Shown here piece after piece: positions 48,244-55,842 of a DNA stretch of 64,000 bases. The notes below the pieces were generated by a model. That model had not been told where the DNA came from. It saw only the letters and a program-made list of their open reading frames with translations, and ran no database searches. Each line of letters begins with the position of its first letter. The first letter of the stretch is position 1. The translations under genes were made by a program, and so were the position numbers. The stretch covers positions 124,001-188,000 of IMG/VR virus record IMGVR_UViG_3300017528_000567. One strand, written 5' to 3'.

Positions 48244-49140
48244 TCAAAAGCTGACGTCGCCCTCCTCTACACCGCGCTTTCGATCCGCTGTTCGCTGGGC
48301 CTTGAACTCATCCGACTGCACCTTCTTGCCCTCTTTGCACTGAGACAAAAACTTGCAAAACTTGCACATAAAGCCCGGCGTAGGAGGGAACAGCTGGAAG
48401 GGGTCAGCGCCTTGCTCGATCCGCTTGATAGCCACCCCCACCTCTTCCAGCGCCCCCACAACCGCGCCCCGCAGGTCTCTTAAGTCTTGAGTAGTCGGGG
48501 TGCTCCAATCCATGCTCTCAGCCGGTTCGGACCGCCAATAGAGAAACCCGACCTTGTCTGGGATGACTCCGTGCTTCATCTCGTAAAGCATCGAGTACCA
48601 TCGAAGCTGCCGATGATTCGTATAGGTGTCGCGGTACCTCGACCCCTTGCCGTCGACCAACACCAGGTCTTTGGTCTGAACCCGAGTCATCACAAAGTCG
48701 GCACGACCGCCGATACGATGCCCACCAAAGTCAACGTCCAGATTCAACTCTGCCTTGGCATCTAGGCCAATCAGACCATGCTGCCGTATGCTGCTCAACC
48801 CCCGAGGGATCGTAGTACGGACCTCGGAGATCACCTCATCTAGAGACTTGGTCCCCTCCTTCAGCGATGGGTCCTTCCAATTGAAGACCCCGCCCTTTTC
48901 GGTCTCCTTGGTAAGGATGCGCTCGATGGTCGGCGTAACCAACGCTTGAAGCCTCGCGGTAGTGTTCGACCGCCAGATCTCATCCCTATAGAAGGCCTCG
49001 AAGATCTTGCCTACAGCATCGCCGTAGAGCATGTTGACCCGGTTCTCTGGTTCCTCGAGCCGGACCTTGGCGATGTAGCCCAGGTAGTATGATTTGCGGC
49101 ACGACGCCAAAATGTCGTAGCCAGAATATGAAATATACAT
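48244..49140 (-). CDS. Cas4/RecB-like PD-(D/E)XK nuclease with probable Fe-S cluster
   Basis: GRADF, LVDGK, QLRWY; one N-terminal Cys plus a C-terminal CKFC..C. Confidence 0.85.
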   Translation of the reverse strand: MYISYSGYDILASCRKSYYLGYIAKVRLEEPENRVNMLYGDAVGKIFEAFYRDEIWRSNTTARLQALVTPTIERILTKETEKGGVFNWKDPSLKEGTKSLDEVISEVRTTIPRGLSSIRQHGLIGLDAKAELNLDVDFGGHRIGGRADFVMTRVQTKDLVLVDGKGSRYRDTYTNHRQLRWYSMLYEMKHGVIPDKVGFLYWRSEPAESMDWSTPTTQDLRDLRGAVVGALEEVGVAIKRIEQGADPFQLFPPTPGFMCKFCKFLSQCKEGKKVQSDEFKAQRTADRKRGVEEGDVSF

Positions 49141-50114
49141 CAGCCGCCCCTCGGTTGAGCCAGGTACTTGAGCGCGAGCTCACGGACATCGGCCGCGAAG
49201 TCCATGGCCTCGATGTTCGATTCAATAGTCTTCGTGGGGTCGAAACTGGCGTCTGCCTGCAACAGTTGAACGAACGCGTCGATACTGCGGGCTTCAGCCT
49301 CACCCCGCTCTTTACGCTCCATGTCAAACACATCGGCAGCCGGAGCCACCACCAGCGGGTGTTCGGTCGTCTGAATCAGTGACGGCGAGAACTCCACCAA
49401 CGAAACCTTGGGAGCTCGCTCAGTGTTCTCTCTAGTGAGAGCGCCGCGCGACACGGCCCCCTGGTTCACGAAGCGTTTGCCGGCGAGCTCAACGATCCCT
49501 TGATCTCGGTGCCAGTGACCGAACATCCAAACATCCGGCCCGTCCGGCGTCGCCAGGTCGGCATATCGAAACACCGGCTCCCCGAAAAAGTCCTCTACTT
49601 TAGAGGGTGGGTTCTCACTTGCCAGGGCGTGCACTACGGCCACTAGGAAGTCGTCACCGGGTTTCTTCTGAATCGCGAGCAGATCAGCGAGTGACCTCCG
49701 CGGGTCATAGGGCACCCCGACCACCCGAACACGCAAGCCGCCATCCTCGAACACGGCCTCCCGCAAGTGGCGGAACACGCCGCAGCTGTACAGGACCCCG
49801 AGGGGCTGATGCTCGATGCTGGCCAGATTGTTGTACTCGAGATCGTGGTTGCCCTCGACACAGAACACGGGGCAGGGGTAGCCCTTGTGGAGCTCCGCCG
49901 TTTGGCGGATGGCCCCGTGGCTCGTTCGTCGCGCCGTCTTGATGTGAAAATAGTCGCCCCCATCAAGGACGGCAGTTGCGTCTCGCGCCTTGGCGAGCTG
50001 CCCGATCTGTTCAAGGTTGGACCAAATCTCAGCCGGGTAGTCGCCCTTCCACGATGCCGGGCTCTTGTCCGCGACGTGAGTATCAGTGCGGAAAACCAGA
50101 GCTACTCTAGGCAT
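49140..50114 (-). CDS. sbcD: SbcD/Mre11 metallophosphoesterase nuclease
   Basis: TDTH, GGDYFH, GNHD, HAL and GHWH motifs. Confidence 0.9.
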   Translation of the reverse strand: MPRVALVFRTDTHVADKSPASWKGDYPAEIWSNLEQIGQLAKARDATAVLDGGDYFHIKTARRTSHGAIRQTAELHKGYPCPVFCVEGNHDLEYNNLASIEHQPLGVLYSCGVFRHLREAVFEDGGLRVRVVGVPYDPRRSLADLLAIQKKPGDDFLVAVVHALASENPPSKVEDFFGEPVFRYADLATPDGPDVWMFGHWHRDQGIVELAGKRFVNQGAVSRGALTRENTERAPKVSLVEFSPSLIQTTEHPLVVAPAADVFDMERKERGEAEARSIDAFVQLLQADASFDPTKTIESNIEAMDFAADVRELALKYLAQPRGG

Positions 50115-51345
50115 GGGCAGTCCCCCCGTGTAGATGCTCAGAGATCTGGATCGGTTGCCTGCAGGTTGGGCACACCGCCAGCGCTTTGAACTCTGCTAGT
50201 ACCGCTGCCACTTCTGCTTCAGCCGAATCCGTGGCCTTCTGCAGTTGAATCGCGGCAGTTTCTACACCGGACATTTTCGCCGCCCACCCGGACATTGTCC
50301 GGTAGGTCTCGTGCAGCGATACGAGCCGTGAGTTATCGGGCACGGTTGCGGCCTCAGCCGCTTTGAACTTCGCAAAGAAAGCCTTCATCGCAACAAGCTG
50401 GGACGTCCAGCTCTCAAGCCTGGAGCGGGTCGCCGCTTGAGCTGTGATGCGCGAAAGATCGGGGATCGATACGTCGGCAACACCTTTGAGCGCTGCCACT
50501 GATGCAGATTTGACCTGGATGAAATCAAGCCACCTAGTCAACGCCTTCAGCTTCGCCGATTGCTCCGTGACCTGTGCCAACGAACTGAGCTCGAGCTCCC
50601 CGATAGGCGCCAAAGCACTGATCGCACTGGTCACAGCTTCCGATGCTGCAGTGAGTCGATCGAGGGTCTTTAGCTTGGATTCGAGACTCGCGACCGCCTC
50701 GCCTCCCGCTTCAACAGCTTTGACCCGTGCGAGCACTGCATCCAGGTCGGCGTACAGCGCGAGCGTGTCGTCGAGCTCCTTGAGGTCCTTCTCCCGCACC
50801 CTGCGTGTGGCCGCAGATTCTCGCCGGTCCCGCTCAACCGCACGGGACGCATCGTTGATTTGGTCGAGCTTCGCAACATCCGACAGCACGTCTGCGACAG
50901 CTGTTCCCGAGCGATCCAATATGAACAACGGTCGAAACTGATCAGCCACCTGCAAGAGAGTCGCGGTCGTGTCGCCGCCGATGTGTATGGGCGCGAACCC
51001 GGGGCCGAGAAACTCAGGCGTACCTTTACCCACCACGGTGTGCTCAGTGCCGTTGTGGACGTAGCGATTGACCGAATCGCCCTTCTCCCAGAGCAGGTCC
51101 AGCCCGGGGCCTTGAAGCCGCACCGAGCAGAAGCATTTGCAGCTCTTGGAGCCCTTCAGGAGGCGCTGGCAGTCGGGACCGTGGCGAACGTACGTATCCG
51201 CGGGCGCGCCGGTCAGGGACGCCTTGATGGCCCTGACCAGCGCGCTCTTGCCGATGTTGCTCCGCCCAACCACCACAGAGAAGCCGTCGATATCGACGAC
51301 CCCGTCCTGGATGGATTGGAAGTCATGCACCTCGACACGAACCAT
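50107..51345 (-). CDS. SbcC/Rad50 N-terminal half
   Basis: DFQSI, Walker A GRSNIGKS, Q-loop VADQF, long coiled coil, ends at the zinc-hook-like CPTC. Confidence 0.85.
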   Translation of the reverse strand: MVRVEVHDFQSIQDGVVDIDGFSVVVGRSNIGKSALVRAIKASLTGAPADTYVRHGPDCQRLLKGSKSCKCFCSVRLQGPGLDLLWEKGDSVNRYVHNGTEHTVVGKGTPEFLGPGFAPIHIGGDTTATLLQVADQFRPLFILDRSGTAVADVLSDVAKLDQINDASRAVERDRRESAATRRVREKDLKELDDTLALYADLDAVLARVKAVEAGGEAVASLESKLKTLDRLTAASEAVTSAISALAPIGELELSSLAQVTEQSAKLKALTRWLDFIQVKSASVAALKGVADVSIPDLSRITAQAATRSRLESWTSQLVAMKAFFAKFKAAEAATVPDNSRLVSLHETYRTMSGWAAKMSGVETAAIQLQKATDSAEAEVAAVLAEFKALAVCPTCRQPIQISEHLHGGTAHA

Positions 51346-51347
51346 TG

Positions 51348-52616
51348 TTACTCCGCGGCGTCCTCTGCGATGATCTCTTCGGCAACCGCTTCAACAGCAG
51401 CCGACACATCGTCATCGTCCGACTCGTCAACATCACCCAACGCTGTGATGAACTCGTCCTCCTCGGGATCTTCCTCTGCAGCCACTGCACCCGAGTTGAC
51501 CACCTGGGCCAGCTTGAGCCGCAGCGCGTCATACACCGTGGGGTTGTCCATCAGATACTTGCGGAAGGCATCACGCCCCTTGAAGCGTTCGGTTCCAAGC
51601 GTATAGAACCCGCCGCCCTCCTTCCGGACCAACTTGTAGGCCACGCCCGTCTCGATGACCGAGAAGTAGTCGTCGATGCCACTACCGAATCGAATGAAGA
51701 TCTGAGTCGAGTGCCCCTGCTTCGCGTCGATCTTTGACTTCACCACTTTGACGTCAGTGACGTTGCCGTACGGGTAGCGCTTCTTTCTCCCGGTCATAGG
51801 ATCGATTCGCTCAATGACCTCCGCTTTGATCTTCGCCAGCCGCAACCGCTCGTAGGCGAAGAACTTGAGTGCTTTACCGCCGCTCGTGTTCTCCTGCTCC
51901 CCGCCGCCACCTCCGTAGCCGCCCGTATTGATCAGAGCTCGCACCTGGTTGATGAACACCAAGGCAGTTCCCGGATGATTCGGGTCCCGAACCTTCTTCT
52001 CTTTGTCTCCAGGGAGGACCGGATACCGGTTTAGCCAAGACACAAACTTTGGGAGCTCGCGCGAGAACTTCGCCGCCACGGCACCGATCTTTGCCGCATC
52101 GTCAAACCCCTTCTCGAGCTCCGCCTTGGGCACCATCGCGGCGACCGAGTCTACGCCGATGATATCGTACCCGGCCATGATACCGAGGTACATCACGTTG
52201 AACCCGGCCTCCATATTGTCAGGCTGGTAGACGAGGATCTTATCCTCGTCCATCGACAGACCGAGCTTCTGCGCGTAGCTCAGGTCAAGGCTGTGCTCGA
52301 AGTCGATCAGGAGCGCCTTGCCTCCCGCTTTCTGTGCCTGGACCATCGCCGAGATGAGCAGCGTGGTCTTGCCGCTAGACTCCGCACCATAAACTTCCGT
52401 GATCCGACGACGCGGGAAGCCGGGGCAAATGACGCCCTTACCATCCAGCGTCTTGGTCCCTCCGATCAACATGTCCACCGAAAACGATCCGGTAGAGACA
52501 TAGCCGTACGAGTGGGAGCCTGGCTGTAGAGGCTTCATGCCCGTAGCTTTCAGAATGGCAGCACGTGCCCGCGCCGCAACTGATGAGTTTGCAGATGGAG
52601 TCTTCTTCTCTGGCAT
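51348..52616 (-). CDS. recA: RecA recombinase
   Basis: STGSFSVD, EVYGAESSGKTT, IDFEH, VDSVAAMVP, FINQVR, SGGKALKF. Confidence 0.95.
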   Translation of the reverse strand: MPEKKTPSANSSVAARARAAILKATGMKPLQPGSHSYGYVSTGSFSVDMLIGGTKTLDGKGVICPGFPRRRITEVYGAESSGKTTLLISAMVQAQKAGGKALLIDFEHSLDLSYAQKLGLSMDEDKILVYQPDNMEAGFNVMYLGIMAGYDIIGVDSVAAMVPKAELEKGFDDAAKIGAVAAKFSRELPKFVSWLNRYPVLPGDKEKKVRDPNHPGTALVFINQVRALINTGGYGGGGGEQENTSGGKALKFFAYERLRLAKIKAEVIERIDPMTGRKKRYPYGNVTDVKVVKSKIDAKQGHSTQIFIRFGSGIDDYFSVIETGVAYKLVRKEGGGFYTLGTERFKGRDAFRKYLMDNPTVYDALRLKLAQVVNSGAVAAEEDPEEDEFITALGDVDESDDDDVSAAVEAVAEEIIAEDAAE

Positions 52617-52630
52617 TGGCTTCTATTTCC

Positions 52631-53272
52631 TCATGGTAGTGAACTGAATCGGAAGTACCGTTGGTTCTCTTTGAAGACAGCCCCCGTGTAGACTGTTTGA
52701 CCGGCCCGCTTGCCGCGTACAAACGTGTGCTCCCTGGAGAAGGCTTGATATTCAGAGGGTGTGAGATCGTCGATCGTGATCTCACCGCGTAGGAGCGACC
52801 AGAACCGGGCCGCGAAACGAGCGATGTGATAGGCGTCTGCTTCGTCGGCATTCCAGCGACTAACATCAGTGTCCAGCTTCGCCGCGTCGATCATGTCTGA
52901 CTTGAACATCTTGCCCTTGCGTTGCTTCGGGTCCTGCTTGGCAAGCATCTTCACTGTGCCGGGATCAAAATGAACAACGTCGCGACGCCTGGACCACACT
53001 GCCTCATTGACCATCACGAACAGGGCGTACAGGCCCTCGCTGAACTGCTCTCCAAACGGAGGCGACTCTACGCCGACAGCTTCGATCACCAGGTAGCGGT
53101 CTAAGAGAGATTTGACTTGCTCTCTGAGCTCAACATATCGAGAGACCCAGATCTCCTTGGGAGACGTGGACCACCGCCCCTTCGCCATCACGCGCTCCTT
53201 GCCAGAGGCAAGCGAGTTGTGGACGCACCAACCAAACCCCGTGAGGGACGGATCTAGACCGAGGGTTATCAT
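52631..53272 (-). CDS. ruvC: RuvC-like Holliday junction resolvase
   Basis: LGLDPS, VGVES and DEADA; start moved to ATG 53272. Confidence 0.85.
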   Translation of the reverse strand: MITLGLDPSLTGFGWCVHNSLASGKERVMAKGRWSTSPKEIWVSRYVELREQVKSLLDRYLVIEAVGVESPPFGEQFSEGLYALFVMVNEAVWSRRRDVVHFDPGTVKMLAKQDPKQRKGKMFKSDMIDAAKLDTDVSRWNADEADAYHIARFAARFWSLLRGEITIDDLTPSEYQAFSREHTFVRGKRAGQTVYTGAVFKENQRYFRFSSLP

Positions 53273-53319
53273 GATGAATGCGGGTCGAGAGCCGCAGCCC
53301 TCGACCCGCACCCCTCCCT

Positions 53320-54231
53320 TCAAACGCCTGACAGCATATCGTTGAAGTTGTCGGCAGAGGCATCAACACCGCCGCTGCCTTCATCACTCGAGCTACTACC
53401 GCCACCAATACCCAGCTTCTCTCGGAGCTGGTCTGTCGTCATCTCGCGAAACGGATTCAGCTTGTCGTACAGATTCAGAGCACCAGTCAAAACGGCAGCC
53501 TTCATCTTCTCGTTGCGCTGCCATGTCGCCGGACCAGCGGCTACCACTTTGACCCCCTGGAACTTCGGGTTGTCACAGGTGATCTTAACGTCCTGAGAGG
53601 CAAGGCTCAGTCCGTTGTCCCGCAGCCCTTCGTTGCACCCGTAAATCTCATCGTACGTCTTCCCACTGAAACGCCACGGCACAAGCTTCAACTTGGCAGT
53701 GTGGACTTGATTCGCGAGCGCCTCCTTGTTGATCGAGCCCTCGCTGTCCGTGGGATAGATGAGAAGCAGCGTCGTGAAGTATGACTTCACCGGGCCGATC
53801 TTTTTCCAGACCAGATCCGCGTCTGGTCCATCCTTGCCATACCGTGAAATCACGTAGCCCACGTCATCGTGAAAATGAGCCTTGAGCGACTTGAAGTGCG
53901 CGACCGTTGTGTCCAGCCGCTCGATAGCAGACAACTGATCTACCGACTTGCCCAAGTCCTGTGCACGCTTGGTTAGAGCCGCTTTTGCAACTGCGACGGT
54001 CTCCTCACGCGACAAGCGCTTACCGGCCTTACCGGCGTCCTTCATGGCCTTCTGAACCGCGTTGGCGTCGAGCGTGTACAGGTACACGAACGCCGCGCGA
54101 ATCATCTGCCCCTTGTTGCCGAACTTGAACCACTCTTGCCGGTCACGCCCGGCGTTCTTTTGATCGGGCTCAAGAGAGGCGTCGTCGTCGAAAGAGTAAT
54201 CTGTATCCAATTCCAGATCGTCGTCAGACAT
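53320..54231 (-). CDS. Probable single-stranded DNA-binding protein (gp32-like)
   Basis: Aromatic-rich core, Gly/Ser/acidic C-terminal tail ending DNFNDMLSGV, adjacent to recA and ruvC. Confidence 0.55.
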   Translation of the reverse strand: MSDDDLELDTDYSFDDDASLEPDQKNAGRDRQEWFKFGNKGQMIRAAFVYLYTLDANAVQKAMKDAGKAGKRLSREETVAVAKAALTKRAQDLGKSVDQLSAIERLDTTVAHFKSLKAHFHDDVGYVISRYGKDGPDADLVWKKIGPVKSYFTTLLLIYPTDSEGSINKEALANQVHTAKLKLVPWRFSGKTYDEIYGCNEGLRDNGLSLASQDVKITCDNPKFQGVKVVAAGPATWQRNEKMKAAVLTGALNLYDKLNPFREMTTDQLREKLGIGGGSSSSDEGSGGVDASADNFNDMLSGV

Positions 54232-54395
54232 ACTTCAGCTTCCTTATTGTTTCAGGCCGCCCCGACCACAAATGCCAGCTAGGCGGGAAGTCGGGAATCG
54301 GCAGGCTTTGGAGTTGTCAGTCCGGAAGATCCCAGTGAGGTCCCGGGAGCGTTAGTTGACTGCCAAGTGTCCTATGGAGAAATCACACAAGGCGA
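54232..54395 (-). promoter_or_regulatory. Structured 5' leader of the SSB-like gene
   Basis: Largest intergenic gap in the window; minus-strand pairings GGCAG/CUGCC, CAGUC/GACUG, CCGGGA/UUCCGG, CCCGAC/GUCGGG and GCCG/CGGC. Confidence 0.45.
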
Positions 54396-55148
54396 TTACA
54401 CATCCTTGAGTAGGTCCTCCCAATCCGCGTTCTCGACTGCCGTTGCCGTTCCAACCAACCGCCGCGGTACACCCTCACTGAGGAATCTTAGTGCGTCAGA
54501 TTCAGCTCCCTCTACACTGAGCTCAGCGGGCTGCGACGTGTTCTCAGAAGAAAGTTGATCTGAATTCTCGGCGGTGGGCGGGGGCTCCGACAACATCTGA
54601 GCGAGCTCCTCAGTGGTCATACCGCCGCCGTCATCTTCCCCGGGCCGCAGCGATGTAGTCCTCTCATCGCCGTAGAACGATCCGCTGCGTATCTCGGCGG
54701 TCATGAGCCGCTTCTGATCTCGAATCGCTGTCATCGTGGCGTGCAGTTCCTTGTTCCGGTAAGCAACCACTTTGTGCACAGCCTTCAGACTGTGCAGACG
54801 ACCACGAGCCTCAGTGAGCGCCGCACGTTGTTCTCGTAGACGCCAACCAACCGCCGCTTTACGATCCTCGATGGATGACCCGAGGTCCTTCACACTCTGG
54901 TCGTTGGCGAGAATGTCATCGTGCTCGAGCTCATAGGCAGCCTCCAAGCGCCTGACTTCCGAGCTCACAGTCAGGTGCTCGCGATCCAACTCATTGAGCA
55001 CCAGCCCCACACGATTCAGATAGTTCCGACAGGTGGCGATCAAGTCCTGGAAATATTGCGGACCCAACGAGCTCGGGTCCGACGCCAATTCAATCACGAG
55101 CCCATCCATCTCTTTGAAGATGGCGTCTATACGCTGATCGTTGAGCAT
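54396..55148 (-). CDS. Coiled-coil protein with acidic amphipathic tail
   Basis: 250 aa, helical; ends ENADWEDLLKDV. Confidence 0.7.
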   Translation of the reverse strand: MLNDQRIDAIFKEMDGLVIELASDPSSLGPQYFQDLIATCRNYLNRVGLVLNELDREHLTVSSEVRRLEAAYELEHDDILANDQSVKDLGSSIEDRKAAVGWRLREQRAALTEARGRLHSLKAVHKVVAYRNKELHATMTAIRDQKRLMTAEIRSGSFYGDERTTSLRPGEDDGGGMTTEELAQMLSEPPPTAENSDQLSSENTSQPAELSVEGAESDALRFLSEGVPRRLVGTATAVENADWEDLLKDV

Positions 55149-55156
55149 GCCCGGCC

Positions 55157-55163
55157 CTACACC
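55157..55163 (-). promoter_or_regulatory. GGTGTAG element 8 nt upstream of ATG 55148
   Basis: GGTGTAG-GGCCGGGC-ATG. Confidence 0.55.
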
Positions 55164-55203
55164 GCGAGGGGCACCGATAGTCCTTCAATATGCACGGGTG
55201 AGT

Positions 55204-55842
55204 ATGGAGTCTGAGAGTCGCGTGCTACGGCGGTTTAAGCGTGCCCAAGAGGAAGCGCTGGAAGAACTCGCCGACCACGTAGCAGACGAATTTCTGCAGG
55301 AGCTGAGTGGCTTGGGCATCTTCAGTGAGGACCGGGTTTCCACGGCACTCACTGTGAAGGGGCTCACCGCCGACAGCCTCAACTCCATCTCCGAGGGAAA
55401 GACCGCTGGCCCCGTGATCAAAGCTCTAGGAGGGCTCGTTCTACGCGGGGTCTGGTACGCCCTAAGCCACCCGTTCGTCATTCTCGGAAAGCTCATCAGC
55501 TCCGGGAAGTTCCGTGCAGAGATCAAGGGGGCCTTCAAGAAGGCACTCCACAGAGACCTCCGAGCAACGCGCCATCTTGGAAGCGTGGCCAGCCGCTGGG
55601 CGAACGGCGAAGCGATTCACCCCGAAGAGTTCAAGGCTGCCAAGCAACACCTGCTACGCATCCTCATCAAGATTGTGTTGATCTATTTTGCCGGCCCGGG
55701 GGTCGCCGGGGTCTTCTCGGGCGGAATTTGGAAAGCGGTCAGTGCCATAGGGTTCTCCGCTGAAGAAATCATCCTATTGCTGCTCGAGCGCCCTCTAAGT
55801 GCCGCCATGAAAAAGCTCATGAGCGGTCCCACTGCCGCCTAG
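55204..55842 (+). CDS. Lone plus-strand gene: RVLRRF-tagged protein with hydrophobic C-terminal helices
   Basis: Fills the gap between two minus-strand genes; begins MESESRVLRRFKRA; contains KTAG; hydrophobic LLRILIKIVLIYFAGPGVAGVFSGG. Confidence 0.7.
   Translation: MESESRVLRRFKRAQEEALEELADHVADEFLQELSGLGIFSEDRVSTALTVKGLTADSLNSISEGKTAGPVIKALGGLVLRGVWYALSHPFVILGKLISSGKFRAEIKGAFKKALHRDLRATRHLGSVASRWANGEAIHPEEFKAAKQHLLRILIKIVLIYFAGPGVAGVFSGGIWKAVSAIGFSAEEIILLLLERPLSAAMKKLMSGPTAA

Noticed and set aside
48244-49140. Cas4-like gene as evidence of a CRISPR-Cas system
   Set aside because: There is no array, cas1 or cas2 in the window; stand-alone Cas4/RecB-like nucleases are common in phage recombination modules.
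54232-54395. tRNA or cobalamin riboswitch in the large intergenic gap
   Set aside because: I found no cloverleaf or T-loop consensus. GGGAAG and CACUG fall on opposite strands and the B12-box is missing.
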